A stretch of DNA of 64,000 nucleotides from Elusimicrobiota bacterium (lineage in GTDB: Bacteria > Elusimicrobiota > UBA8919). The translations under genes were made by a program, and so were the position numbers. The DNA lies in contig JAQUMH010000001.1 of NCBI GenBank assembly GCA_028718185.1, forward strand, positions 31,186 to 95,185, in the 5' to 3' direction. Of the stretch, positions 20,993 through 31,321 are shown piece by piece. Every line of letters begins with the position of its first letter. The first letter of the stretch is position 1. The notes below the pieces were generated by a model. It was not told the DNA's origin. It did no database searches and was given only the letters and a program-made list of their open reading frames with translations.

Positions 20993-22132
20993 CTATTTTT
21001 TTATTTTGTTTGTGCTTTTACTCAACTCTTTCTCAATTTGTTTTATTGTTGGTAGATTCGATTTGAATTTCTTGGGTAAAGAATGTGTTAATTGATATTC
21101 AGAAACACCAATTGGCTTATGAATATCGCTTAAAGCATACTCAGCGACCACTTTATCTTTGGTTTTGCAGATAATTATTCCGACAGTCGGTTGGTCGAAT
21201 TCACTTCTCAACTGGCGGTCTACTGCAGTAATATAAAAATTCAATTTTCCGGCAAACTCCGGTTGAAATACCACAGTTTTTAGTTCTATCACGATATAAC
21301 AACGCAATTTAATATGATAAAAAAGCAGGTCTATGTAGAATTCACTTTCACCTACACGCAATGGAATTTGCCGTCCTACATAAGAAAAACCGGTTCCTAA
21401 TTCCAATAGAAACTTTGCAATATGCTCAATAAGAGCATTCTCCATGTCTTTTTCATTGTATTCTTCGGTTAACCTTAAAAAGTCAAAAATATAGGGGTCT
21501 TTGAGTGTTTGTTTGGCGAGGTCAGATTGGGGTTTAGGCAGTGTAAGAGAAAAGTTATTAACCGCCTTGCCTTCTCGTTTGAAAAGTCCCCATTCAATCT
21601 GGTGAACTAATACAGAGCGGCTCCAATTGTGCGTAATTGTTTTTTGAACATAATAAATTGCTTCTTTTATATTCTTACATTTTGTTATAATTGCGATGTT
21701 ATGACCCCAAGGTATCTGGGTGATTTGTGCAACGGCTTGTTGCACAAATTGTCCGACAGACTTTTGGATAATTCTGTTTATTGGCAATTGGGCAACAGCC
21801 TGTTGCCCAATTAAGCCAACAGGCTGTTGGCTTATCGCATTTCCCCGGCTATAAAACTGATACCATTGCTTGATATATTTAAGATTTCTAAGTGAGAATC
21901 CCTTCATATCCGAAAACTCTGCTGTTAAATCCTTGCTAAGCTGAATTAGAAAACCGCCACCCCATTTGGTGTTTGCCTGTTTAGCCACAATATCTGCACC
22001 AAGCTCCCAATAAAAGGAGAGCATTTCTGAATTAACTTTTACCGCTGCTTTAATCTGGGCGTTACGGACTTTTGCTTTTAAATCAGCAAGCCAAACTTTG
22101 TATTCCTTATCAAATACTAAATTAGATTTCAT
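20993..22132 (-). CDS. YhcG-like PD-(D/E)xK nuclease (DUF1016 family)
   Basis: QIPWGHN N-terminal motif and C-terminal [10 protein letters not shown]...IVIELK PD-(D/E)xK core; overlaps hsdM stop by 11 nt. Confidence 0.8.
   Translation of the reverse strand: MKSNLVFDKEYKVWLADLKAKVRNAQIKAAVKVNSEMLSFYWELGADIVAKQANTKWGGGFLIQLSKDLTAEFSDMKGFSLRNLKYIKQWYQFYSRGNAISQQPVGLIGQQAVAQLPINRIIQKSVGQFVQQAVAQITQIPWGHNIAIITKCKNIKEAIYYVQKTITHNWSRSVLVHQIEWGLFKREGKAVNNFSLTLPKPQSDLAKQTLKDPYIFDFLRLTEEYNEKDMENALIEHIAKFLLELGTGFSYVGRQIPLRVGESEFYIDLLFYHIKLRCYIVIELKTVVFQPEFAGKLNFYITAVDRQLRSEFDQPTVGIIICKTKDKVVAEYALSDIHKPIGVSEYQLTHSLPKKFKSNLPTIKQIEKELSKSTNKIKK
21725..21835 (-). repeat. Three in-frame near-perfect palindromes inside the yhcG-like coding sequence
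   Basis: TTGTGCAACGG/CTTGTTGCACAA (21725-21747), AATTGGGCAACAG-C-CTGTTGCCCAATT (21786-21812), AAGCCAACAG-G-CTGTTGGCTT (21814-21834); encode repeated QQAVAQ peptide. Confidence 0.6.
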
Positions 22133-23729
22133 ATCCCAGTCCTTTTAAATTTTTCTTTATTTCTTTTTCAAGTTCTTCGGATTTTTCAAACTGTTCTGAA
22201 AGTTCTTTGGTAAGTCGTTTCATTTTTTCATTAAACTTTTCTTTATCTTCTTCCACTTCTTCGGTGCCTACATATCTACCGGGTGTCAAAATATAACCCT
22301 GTGATTTTATTTCTTCAAGTGTTGCCGATTTGCAATAACCTTTTTCATCTTTATACTTGCCCGCCGACGTCCCAGTGGCGGGTTTACCTTCTCCCCGCCA
22401 TGCATGATATGTATCAGCAATTCTATTTATCTCTTCTTCAGTTAATTCCCTGTGCCTGCGGTCTATCATTACGCCCATTTTCCGAGCATCAATGAAAAGA
22501 ACTTTGCCCCTTCTGTCTTTGAATTTGTGATTTTTCTTATCGCGAGCAATAAACCAAAGACAGGCGGGTATCATTACATTGTAGAAAAGTTGTGATGGCA
22601 AAGAAACCATACAATCCACTATGTCTGACTCAAGCATATTTTTTCTTATTTCACCTTCATTTGACTGGTTAGAAGACATAGAACCGTTTGCTAATACAAA
22701 GCCTGCAATACCTTTTGGCGATAGATGATAAACAAAATGCTGAACCCATGCGAAGTTGGCATTACCTGTCGGAGGGACACCGTATTTCCATCTCACATCA
22801 TCTCTTAATTGCTCGCCCTTCCAATCACTGTCATTAAATGGTGGATTGGCTAATATAAAATCTGCTTTTAAATCTTTATGTTCATCTTTTAAGAAACTGC
22901 CTTCATTATTCCACATTATATTTGCATCTATACCACGGATTGCTAAGTTCATTTTACAGAGACGCCATGTGGTTTGATTGGATTCCTGTCCATTGATAGC
23001 AATATCACCTAATTTACCACCGTGTGCTTTTACAAATTTTTCGCTTTGAACGAACATACCACCGGAACCACAACACGGGTCAAAAATACGACCTTTATAT
23101 GGCTCCATCATTTCCACAAGTAATTGCACTATGCTCCGCGGAGTATAAAATTGCCCGCCTCGTTTACCTTCCGAATCTGCAAACTGCCCTAAGAAATACT
23201 CATAAACTCTACCCAAAATATCTTTACTGCGATTTTCGTAATCTCCTAAACTAATTGTACCTATAAGGTCTATTAGTTCACCAAGACGCTGTTTATCAAG
23301 TTTAGGGTCTGCATAATTTTTAGGAAGAACACCCTTAAGGGTTGGATTTTCCTTTTCTATAACATACATTGCGTCATCTATGATTTTACCTATTGTGGGT
23401 TGTTTTGCATTTTTCTGTAGGCGTGACCAGCGGGCTTTTTCCGGGACATAAAACACGTTTACGGCTTTATATTCGTCTCTGTCTTCAATTGTCTCATAAC
23501 GCACTTCGGGTTCTTTTATATATTGATTGCTTTTTGGATTAGAAACTTCTTTTACAAGTATTTGATAATGTTCTTCGAATGCGTCGGAGATATACTTAAG
23601 AAAAATCAATCCTAATACAATATGTTTATACTCAGCAGCATCCATATTGTTCCGCAGTTTATCAGCTGCTTTCCACAGTTTTTCCTCAAAACCAAGATTT
23701 CCACCATTTGAATTATCTTCTTTTTTCAT
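22122..23729 (-). CDS. hsdM: Type I restriction-modification DNA methyltransferase subunit (HsdM)
   Basis: 535 aa; N6-adenine MTase motifs including NPPFN and SAM-binding region. Confidence 0.95.
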   Translation of the reverse strand: MKKEDNSNGGNLGFEEKLWKAADKLRNNMDAAEYKHIVLGLIFLKYISDAFEEHYQILVKEVSNPKSNQYIKEPEVRYETIEDRDEYKAVNVFYVPEKARWSRLQKNAKQPTIGKIIDDAMYVIEKENPTLKGVLPKNYADPKLDKQRLGELIDLIGTISLGDYENRSKDILGRVYEYFLGQFADSEGKRGGQFYTPRSIVQLLVEMMEPYKGRIFDPCCGSGGMFVQSEKFVKAHGGKLGDIAINGQESNQTTWRLCKMNLAIRGIDANIMWNNEGSFLKDEHKDLKADFILANPPFNDSDWKGEQLRDDVRWKYGVPPTGNANFAWVQHFVYHLSPKGIAGFVLANGSMSSNQSNEGEIRKNMLESDIVDCMVSLPSQLFYNVMIPACLWFIARDKKNHKFKDRRGKVLFIDARKMGVMIDRRHRELTEEEINRIADTYHAWRGEGKPATGTSAGKYKDEKGYCKSATLEEIKSQGYILTPGRYVGTEEVEEDKEKFNEKMKRLTKELSEQFEKSEELEKEIKKNLKGLGYEI

Positions 23730-23967
23730 AATTTATTTTTTATCACACGTATCTGTTTAATCACTCATTTTTTATCCTCTCCACTATAGTGAAAAGAAAA
23801 GGTGAGGGTAAGTGGATTTTATTCAATCTTATATGAAAATTATACCCAATTTTTAAGAAAAATCAAGAAACTGTATTGTGTAGGTATTGCAAAATAAAAT
23901 GTGCAGACAGATAAAGGGTTTGAACTATTTGGCAGGAGATTTTGTTTATTTTACTTGTTAAGTATTT

Positions 23968-26358
23968 TTACCTTAATTTTGTTTGGAATTTATTTTCAAG
24001 TTGTAAAACAATCTTTTTTACAACCACATCCACTTCTTCATCTTTTAATGTCCTGTCTGATAATCTAAATCTTATTCTAAAAGTAAGTGATTTATATCCT
24101 TCCTTAATTTGTTTTCCGGTATAAAAATCACATACGCTCACATCAACAGGAATATTAGACGCTTTTTCTTTTATAGCATTACATATTTCTACTGCAGGAT
24201 ACTGTTGAGATACTTCAATTGAAATATCCCTTTCTATAAACGGATATTTGGGAATATGTACGTATTTCCTCTCAAAACCGGCAGAACAAATAAGCTTATC
24301 TAAATCCAACTCAAAAACATATAAACAATCATTTTTAATATCTTGTTTTTTTATTACTTCAACATTGAGCAATCCAAAACTTCCGACATTATTGTTTTCT
24401 ATTAAAATATCTGCTGACTGATTTTGCTGAAACATTTCTTTGTCAGATTTTTTATACTCCCATGACTTAACCCCAATTTCCCTGAATAGTCTCTCAATAA
24501 AACCTTTTAAAAAATAAAAATCTACTGCAACAGCTTTTTCTTTCCACCAGTCATATTCCGAACCTAAAATACATCCTGAAAAAAATGTTTTTTCTTCCTC
24601 CCCAAAAACCTTTCCAATCTCAAATATTCTTATATCTTTATTACCTCTATTAATATTTCTTACCACAGTTTTTACCAGTCTTGGGATAAGCGATATTGAC
24701 AAAAACGGTTCTTCTAAAGATATAGGATTGGCAACTTTTCTTGCGCCTTCTGCCAACGTAAAAACAGCAAAGTCATCTTTAGATATAAAATTATAATTAA
24801 TCGTTTCATAAAATCCCACTGACACTGCAGTATTTCTTACTTTATCTATAACCTTTTCTGATTTATTTAAAACAATATCTGTTCTGAATGTTATTTTATC
24901 GCTTGTTTTTATTTTATCATAACCAAAAATACGAACGATTTCTTCTATTAAATCAAAATCTGTTTTGACATCGTTCCTGTGAGAAGGAACGGTTACAGAA
25001 AGTAAATAGGGGACAGGAAGCCCGCCACTAAACATTGGCGAGGCAGGCAAGAAGCAAGAAAAACCAAGGCGGGATAGAATATCCCTTATTGCATCAATTG
25101 AAATATCTATGCCTAATATTTTATTTACCCTGTCGGCATCAAGTTCTATTTTAATTAATTCTTTTTTATTTGAATATTTGTCAATCATACCGCCGGAAAT
25201 TTCGCCGCTGCAATTTTTTTTAATCATTTCCGATGCTATCATTCCTATATTTGAAATATTTTCCATATCGACCCCTCTTATAAATCTATAAGACGAATCT
25301 GTGGAAATTCCAAGTTTTTTTGAGGTTTTGCGTATAGAAATAGGATTAAAACATGCTACTTCTAAAAATACATTTTTAGTATTTTCAGAAACGGCTGTAG
25401 GCTCACCACCGATTACACCTGCAATAGCAATAGGGTCTTTTTCATCGGCAATCACAAGCATTTCTTCATCAAGACTATATTCCTTATTATCAAGTGCTAA
25501 AATCTTCTCATCCTTTTTAGCATTTCTGATAACAATTTTTCCCTTTATTTTTTCAATATCAAATGCATGCAGCGGTTGTCCATATTCAAATAGAATATAA
25601 TTTGTAATATCAACAACATTATTTATTGTTCTTAAACCACAACCTTCTATACGGTCAATAAGCCATTGCGGAGATTTTCCTACTTTTATATTTTTTATAA
25701 TAAATCCAACATATCGAGGACAATCTTTCGTATTTTCTACAACTACGGGAAAAATATTCTCTACTTTAATATCATAATCCCCTATCTCTTTCTTTAATTT
25801 TTTATTTAGTATTGCGGAAATCTCCCTTGCAATTCCAAAAACCGATAAACAATCACCCCTGTTTATTGTAACTTCAGTTTCAACATAAGAATCCTTATTC
25901 AGATATTCATTAATCGGGACACCAAGATTTACATCCGGAGGCAGAAGCAAAATCCCGGATGAATCATTACCAATTTTAAGTTCAGATTCTGAACAAAGCA
26001 TACCTTCTGATTCAACCCCGCGAAGCACAGCTTTTTTTATTTCACCTGCTGGCAACTTTGCCCCAATTTTTGCCAGCGGTACAATATCATCAACTTTCAT
26101 ATTTTTAGCACCGCAAACAATTTTGTAATTCTTCTGACCGTCGGTAACACTGCATATTGAAAGCTTATCTGCATTAGGATGTTTTTCTATTGATAAGATT
26201 TTTACAACAACAACATTTCTATCAATTGAAACACATTTAACAGGTTTAGTTTCAATCCCTGACATTGTAAGAAGGGAAGATAATTTTTCGGCATCAATAT
26301 CAACATCAATAAAATCCGACAGCCATTTTAATGAAATTATCATAATAGTATTATACAA
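23968..26358 (-). CDS. pheT: Phenylalanine--tRNA ligase beta subunit
   Basis: 796 aa; N-terminal tRNA-binding domain (LKWLSDFIDVD...), B3/4 and B5 regions. Confidence 0.95.
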   Translation of the reverse strand: MYNTIMIISLKWLSDFIDVDIDAEKLSSLLTMSGIETKPVKCVSIDRNVVVVKILSIEKHPNADKLSICSVTDGQKNYKIVCGAKNMKVDDIVPLAKIGAKLPAGEIKKAVLRGVESEGMLCSESELKIGNDSSGILLLPPDVNLGVPINEYLNKDSYVETEVTINRGDCLSVFGIAREISAILNKKLKKEIGDYDIKVENIFPVVVENTKDCPRYVGFIIKNIKVGKSPQWLIDRIEGCGLRTINNVVDITNYILFEYGQPLHAFDIEKIKGKIVIRNAKKDEKILALDNKEYSLDEEMLVIADEKDPIAIAGVIGGEPTAVSENTKNVFLEVACFNPISIRKTSKKLGISTDSSYRFIRGVDMENISNIGMIASEMIKKNCSGEISGGMIDKYSNKKELIKIELDADRVNKILGIDISIDAIRDILSRLGFSCFLPASPMFSGGLPVPYLLSVTVPSHRNDVKTDFDLIEEIVRIFGYDKIKTSDKITFRTDIVLNKSEKVIDKVRNTAVSVGFYETINYNFISKDDFAVFTLAEGARKVANPISLEEPFLSISLIPRLVKTVVRNINRGNKDIRIFEIGKVFGEEEKTFFSGCILGSEYDWWKEKAVAVDFYFLKGFIERLFREIGVKSWEYKKSDKEMFQQNQSADILIENNNVGSFGLLNVEVIKKQDIKNDCLYVFELDLDKLICSAGFERKYVHIPKYPFIERDISIEVSQQYPAVEICNAIKEKASNIPVDVSVCDFYTGKQIKEGYKSLTFRIRFRLSDRTLKDEEVDVVVKKIVLQLENKFQTKLR

Positions 26359-26377
26359 AATTACTTAATATTTTCAA

Positions 26378-26411
26378 TAAAAAAAATTCGCTTAATCCCA
26401 TTTAAGCGAAT
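26378..26411 (-). terminator. Rho-independent terminator-like hairpin (minus strand)
   Basis: ATTCGCTTAA-6 nt loop-TTAAGCGAAT perfect 10-bp stem followed on the minus strand by an 8-nt U run; lies between the 103-aa ORF and pheT. Confidence 0.55.
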
Positions 26412-26457
26412 TTCTATATTATTATCCGTTATTTTGTTTTTTAACAAAAGATATTTA

Positions 26458-26769
26458 TTATCTTGGTATACTTGCTAACTGGTGTTTGACTTCAGTTATT
26501 ATCCTGGCAACAAAACTTCCTATAAGCGGCATATCTACCATTTTATGTAATATAAGAATTATTAACGTTACAACAATAGCACCAATAATAGTCATGCCAA
26601 GAAGCAACCCTACTCCTCTAGCAACACCTATCAAAAAGTTAGCCCATATAAGCTTCCATGGTTTTTTTACAAAATCAAGTATATCCCTGAATTCACATGT
26701 AACCATGTTTTTCACCTGTTTTGAAATGTGCTCATATTGTTGGTCTGTATCTTCTTCTTTATCCGGCAT
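26458..26769 (-). CDS. Small hypothetical membrane protein
   Basis: 103 aa with one or two predicted hydrophobic helices; no recognised family. Confidence 0.4.
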   Translation of the reverse strand: MPDKEEDTDQQYEHISKQVKNMVTCEFRDILDFVKKPWKLIWANFLIGVARGVGLLLGMTIIGAIVVTLIILILHKMVDMPLIGSFVARIITEVKHQLASIPR

Positions 26770-26783
26770 ATACTCTCCTTAAT

Positions 26784-27005
26784 TCAAATTCCAACAATCT
26801 GAATTACCTTATGTCTGGATTTTTCACCTCTTTTAATAAAAATACTGTTTTTTCTAACATTAAAACTTTCAGATAAAAATTCTATCAACTTTTTATTTGC
26901 TTTTCCCTCAACTGCAGGTGCAGTTATGTAAATCTTATATTTATCTCCTTCTTTTTTTATCTCGTTCTTTTTAGCATTAGGAATAATTTTTATCTCTAAA
27001 ATCAT
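26784..27005 (-). CDS. DUF167 (YggU-like) family protein
   Basis: 73 aa; IKIIPNAKKNEI...KIYITAPAVEGKANKKLIEFL pattern typical of YggU family. Confidence 0.6.
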   Translation of the reverse strand: MILEIKIIPNAKKNEIKKEGDKYKIYITAPAVEGKANKKLIEFLSESFNVRKNSIFIKRGEKSRHKVIQIVGI

Positions 27006-27910
27006 TTCTTCTCCAACTTTTTTACCATTTTAAGAAGTGCTTTATTAACTGGAACCTCTACTTTAATCTTATTAGCAATATCTACTACCGCACCATTTAA
27101 ATAATCAATTTCTGTTTTATGACTAGCAACAACATCCGCAAGCATTGAATTTATATTTCGGGAAGTTGAACTGCATACTTTTTCAATCTTTTCTGAAATT
27201 TTTGAAAATAATATTTTAATTCCCAGCACTTTCGCTACTTTCATAACCTCTTTCCCTGATTCTACCGCTACCTCTTTGTAATTTTTATTTTTAGCTATCT
27301 CTCCGTTTTTAACACCTGTAACAGCAGCAACAGGGTTTATTGCACAATTCAAAATAAGTTTTGACCATATTACCGAATCAATACTCTTACTTAGACTTGT
27401 TTTTATACCGCAATGATTAAAAATATTGCAGATCCTCTTTGATAGTATATTATCATTTTTATCAATTATTGTATCACCTTTCCCCGTATGAATAACTTCT
27501 CCATATTTAACAAATATTGCTGATTCTAAAGTCACCCCTCGTATTATTCTGTTTTTAGTGATATATTTTGAAATATTCTCATAATTTCTTAAACCATTCT
27601 GAAGGGTTAATACAACTGTGTTTTTACCCATCATTTTTCTTATTGATGGAATTACTGAACTTGTATCATAAGATTTTACAAAAATTATTATTAAATCCTG
27701 GGAACTTACAGAATCGGGCAGCGAAGTAATCCGCACTTTTGCGGGTGATATGAAGAATTTAGATAGTCCTGTAATTTTTATTCCTTTTTTTTTAAGGATT
27801 ATTTCTTTTTTTTTATCTCTTGCTAAAACCGTGACATTATTTCCGCCTTTTGCCAAAAATCCCGCAAAAAGTGTCCCCATTGCACCGGCACCGACAATTA
27901 CAATATTCAT
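27002..27910 (-). CDS. panE: 2-dehydropantoate 2-reductase (ketopantoate reductase)
   Basis: N-terminal Rossmann GAGAMG motif, ApbA/PanE-like length and layout. Confidence 0.75.
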   Translation of the reverse strand: MNIVIVGAGAMGTLFAGFLAKGGNNVTVLARDKKKEIILKKKGIKITGLSKFFISPAKVRITSLPDSVSSQDLIIIFVKSYDTSSVIPSIRKMMGKNTVVLTLQNGLRNYENISKYITKNRIIRGVTLESAIFVKYGEVIHTGKGDTIIDKNDNILSKRICNIFNHCGIKTSLSKSIDSVIWSKLILNCAINPVAAVTGVKNGEIAKNKNYKEVAVESGKEVMKVAKVLGIKILFSKISEKIEKVCSSTSRNINSMLADVVASHKTEIDYLNGAVVDIANKIKVEVPVNKALLKMVKKLEKK

Positions 27911-28116
27911 TTTTTATATTGAGTTATATATTTTTCTATAGACCTGTCATATGTCTTCTCCAAATCTTTAGAAAAGAAACAGCCCGGCAATTCGCTGTTT
28001 TTTAAGTGATATGCCACGCATTCGCAGCACTTTCCTCTCCTTGAACAGGAATTGTACGTGCATTTACATTCTTTCAGATTTCTATCTACATTACAATTAG
28101 GCATTTCCAAATCCAA
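27907..28116 (-). CDS. Small cysteine-rich hypothetical protein
   Basis: 69 aa with about 9 Cys (CNVDRNLKECKCTYNSCSRRGKCCECV). Confidence 0.4.
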   Translation of the reverse strand: MDLEMPNCNVDRNLKECKCTYNSCSRRGKCCECVAYHLKNSELPGCFFSKDLEKTYDRSIEKYITQYKK

Positions 28117-28480
28117 TTTTTCGGTCTAATTCACTTGAAACTTTTATCGTTCCAAATTTATCTTCATATTTTTTAATATTTTCGGAAAGCGCCTGCAAAA
28201 ATCTCTTGGCATGTACCGGACTTGAAATTATCCTGGCCCTGACTTTTGCTTTAGGCTGCTGTGGTTGTACATAAGTGAAATCAAAAACGAATTCCATATC
28301 GTTATGTGTAATAAGCGCAAGATTAGAATATAATCCTTGAGCTGTTGCATCATCTATCTCAATCTGTATCTGGACCTGTTTTTGAACATTTTCTTCCGGC
28401 ATACTCTTTACCTCCTTTATGTTGGGACCCCACTTCGTATAAATATGTTTCCCTTTTTTATATTTTTTTAGTTCTGACAT
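28097..28480 (-). CDS. Hypothetical protein (DUF3467-like)
   Basis: 127-aa ORF in operon context; weak family recollection only. Confidence 0.4.
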   Translation of the reverse strand: MSELKKYKKGKHIYTKWGPNIKEVKSMPEENVQKQVQIQIEIDDATAQGLYSNLALITHNDMEFVFDFTYVQPQQPKAKVRARIISSPVHAKRFLQALSENIKKYEDKFGTIKVSSELDRKIGFGNA

Positions 28481-29651
28481 AAAATTCAGCCGGTCTCTTG
28501 CTCCTCAATCCAAAATAAAACTCAATATATTCAACAGTTCTTAAAGCAGCAAACCCATCACCATACGGATTTACACTTTTGGCAATTTTTTCATAATATT
28601 TTTTATTAATAATAAGCTTTGAAACTTCATTAAATATTTTATGTTCATCAGGTCCTACAATCTTTACGGTACCCGATTTAACTGCTTCAGGTCTTTCTGT
28701 CACATATCTTGTTACAAGTACGGGCTTACCCAAAGCAGGCGCTTCCTCCTGTAACCCCCCTGAATCCGTTAAAACCAGATATGATATCCTTAAAAGATTT
28801 GTAAAATCAAGATAGTTGAGCGGTTCAATAAGGTATACATTTTTTATCTTATTTAATAACTTATAAACCACTGCTTTTATATTCGGATTAGGATGTACAG
28901 GATAAATAATACTATAAGTAGGAAATCTATACGAAATCCGTTTTATTGCTTTACAAATATTTTCAATGGGTTTACCGAAATTCTCACGGCGATGTGCGGT
29001 AACTAGTATTAGTTTAGAGTTTAAAGTTGAGAGTTGAGAATTAAACAATTCTTTTAATATTTGATTTTGAAATTTATGCTTCTTTTTCAAAATCATATAT
29101 AGCGCATCTATAACCGTATTTCCGGTTATAAAAATATTTTTTGTATTTATGTTTTCTTTAACAAGTGCTCTTTTAGCAGTTAAAGTAGGACAGAAATGTA
29201 TATCACAGACTGCATCTGTTAACCGGCGATTAACCTCTTCCGGATAAGGGTTGAATTTATCATACGAACGAAGACCTGATTCAACATGCCCGATAGGAAT
29301 TTTTCTATAAAAAGAAGATATCGTGGATGCAAAAGTAGTTGTTGTATCACCATGAACAAGAATTAAATCCGGTTTTTCTGATATAAGAATTGGTTCTAAA
29401 CGGTTAAGCACAGTAGAAGTTATATGAAAAAGCGTTTGATTATCTGTCATTATATTCAAGTCATAATCAGGTTCTATTTCAAATGTTCTTAAAATATCGT
29501 CTAAAAGATACCTGTGCTGGGCAGTCACACATACCTTAACTTTAAATCTTTTAGAATTGGCTTTCAGCTGTTTTACAACAGGTGCCATTTTTACGGCTTC
29601 AGGTCTTGTTCCGAATATACACAATATTTTTTTCATAATATTAACACTCAC
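28458..29651 (-). CDS. wecB: UDP-N-acetylglucosamine 2-epimerase (non-hydrolysing)
   Basis: IFGTRPEAVKMAPV...LVHGDTTTT...HVESGLRS...AHRREN motifs. Confidence 0.9.
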   Translation of the reverse strand: MSVNIMKKILCIFGTRPEAVKMAPVVKQLKANSKRFKVKVCVTAQHRYLLDDILRTFEIEPDYDLNIMTDNQTLFHITSTVLNRLEPILISEKPDLILVHGDTTTTFASTISSFYRKIPIGHVESGLRSYDKFNPYPEEVNRRLTDAVCDIHFCPTLTAKRALVKENINTKNIFITGNTVIDALYMILKKKHKFQNQILKELFNSQLSTLNSKLILVTAHRRENFGKPIENICKAIKRISYRFPTYSIIYPVHPNPNIKAVVYKLLNKIKNVYLIEPLNYLDFTNLLRISYLVLTDSGGLQEEAPALGKPVLVTRYVTERPEAVKSGTVKIVGPDEHKIFNEVSKLIINKKYYEKIAKSVNPYGDGFAALRTVEYIEFYFGLRSKRPAEFYVRTKKI

Positions 29652-30532
29652 TTTTGTCTATATGTTTTAAAATATATCTTAGCAATTCTAATATCATCTT
29701 CAATTCTTTTAACAAGTTTTTCAACAGTAGGGAACTTTTCGTCATTTCTTATTTTTGAGATTAATTCTATAGTCAACTTCTTATTATAAAGTTTGTCTGA
29801 AAAGTTAATTATATATATTTCTATAGTCTTTTTATGCAATCCGAATGTAGGTCTTTTGCCTATGTATGCTATTGCCTGGTATTTTCTCTTGCCTACTTTG
29901 ACATTGGCTATAAAAATTCCTTCAGGCAACATTTTATTATTATTCACTTTTAAATTTGCTGTAGGAAACCCGAGTTTTGCTCCTAAACCCCAGCCTTTAA
30001 TAACATTACCCTCGAAATCATACCTTCTTCTTAGTAAATTATTTACACGCTCAATTTCCCCTGAAATCAACAATTCTTTTATGTTTGTAGATGAAATTAT
30101 TTTGCTTTCATACTTTACCGGTTTTACCACAAGCGTGTGAACCGCTTGTGGTTTTACTCCCATCGTATTTTCATAAAATTGTTTTATTGTATTTATATTA
30201 CCTTCTTTATTTTTACCAAATCTAAAGTTATATCCAACTACAATAGCGGAATAATTTTTAAGGTATTTCTTTAAAAAACCGACAGGTGAAAGGTTTTTAA
30301 CTTTTTGAAAATAAATAATCTTTACTGTTTTTATACCAATGGATTTTATAAGTTTTATTTTTTCCTTTAAGGTGGAAAGATTTCCATAATTATTTTTTGG
30401 AATATTATCAAAAGTTAATACAACGCTTCTTAGTTTTTTATTTTTAGCATATTCAACCACTGTTTTTAACATTCTTTGATGTCCTAAATGAACACCATCA
30501 AACATCCCTATAGTAACTATTTCTTTTTCCAT
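29648..30532 (-). CDS. ribF: Bifunctional riboflavin kinase / FMN adenylyltransferase
   Basis: IGMFDGVHLGHQ N-terminal FAD synthetase motif and C-terminal riboflavin kinase domain. Confidence 0.9.
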   Translation of the reverse strand: MEKEIVTIGMFDGVHLGHQRMLKTVVEYAKNKKLRSVVLTFDNIPKNNYGNLSTLKEKIKLIKSIGIKTVKIIYFQKVKNLSPVGFLKKYLKNYSAIVVGYNFRFGKNKEGNINTIKQFYENTMGVKPQAVHTLVVKPVKYESKIISSTNIKELLISGEIERVNNLLRRRYDFEGNVIKGWGLGAKLGFPTANLKVNNNKMLPEGIFIANVKVGKRKYQAIAYIGKRPTFGLHKKTIEIYIINFSDKLYNKKLTIELISKIRNDEKFPTVEKLVKRIEDDIRIAKIYFKTYRQK

Positions 30533-30645
30533 AAAACAGCTCTCTCTTTGCTTGAAAATACGAACTTATTACTAATATTAGCGTGATATTCGCGATATTT
30601 CTATTATTCGCATTTATTCGCGCGTATTAGCTTAAAAATAGGATA

Positions 30646-31278
30646 CTATAAACTATTTAAACTAATTGCTTCGTCAATTGAGTATTTCCCGATACCTTCT
30701 CTTATTAGCTGACTGACAACGGCACAAGTCTTAAGTCTTTCCCCAATATCTTCAGCTAATTTTCTTATATAAGTTCCTTTTGAACAAGTAACATTCATTA
30801 CAATTTCTTCTTCATTAAAATTCAAAAGCTTGATTTTGTAAATCTGAATCATCCTTGGTTTTATTTTTATATTTATTCCCGCTCTTGCATATTCATAAAG
30901 TTTCTTACCCTTATATTTTATCGCAGAATAGATATGAGGCACTTGTTTTATTTTACCTTCATATTTTTTTAAAACTGCTGATATTTTCTTCCTATCCAAC
31001 ACAGGCACGCGACATTTTTTTATTACCACACCTGCCAAATCCCCGGTATCTGTCTTAATACCCAACCTCATCTTTACAAAATATTTCTTTTTCATCTCCA
31101 TAAACTTGTTTGATTCTTTTGTAGCTTCATTAATTAAAACAATTAGCAATCCGGAGGCAAGCGGGTCAAGGGTTCCTGCATGTCCTATCTTCTTAGGATG
31201 AAGTTTTCTTTTAATTATCCTTATAACATCATATGACGTAATTCCTGACGGCTTATTTATTAAAAGAACATTTTCCAT
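30646..31278 (-). CDS. truB: tRNA pseudouridine(55) synthase
   Basis: GHAGTLDPLASGLL catalytic motif. Confidence 0.9.
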   Translation of the reverse strand: MENVLLINKPSGITSYDVIRIIKRKLHPKKIGHAGTLDPLASGLLIVLINEATKESNKFMEMKKKYFVKMRLGIKTDTGDLAGVVIKKCRVPVLDRKKISAVLKKYEGKIKQVPHIYSAIKYKGKKLYEYARAGINIKIKPRMIQIYKIKLLNFNEEEIVMNVTCSKGTYIRKLAEDIGERLKTCAVVSQLIREGIGKYSIDEAISLNSL

Positions 31279-31321
31279 TTAGTTATTCCAATTATGCAGT
31301 TTATTACAAGCGGTTTACTCG

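Noticed and set aside
23730-23967. Possible integrase attachment site or tRNA at the boundary of the R-M island
   Set aside because: No tRNA-like sequence, integrase/transposase ORF or clear direct repeat matching the other boundary (14697-14788) was found, so a mobile-element call is not supported from this window alone.
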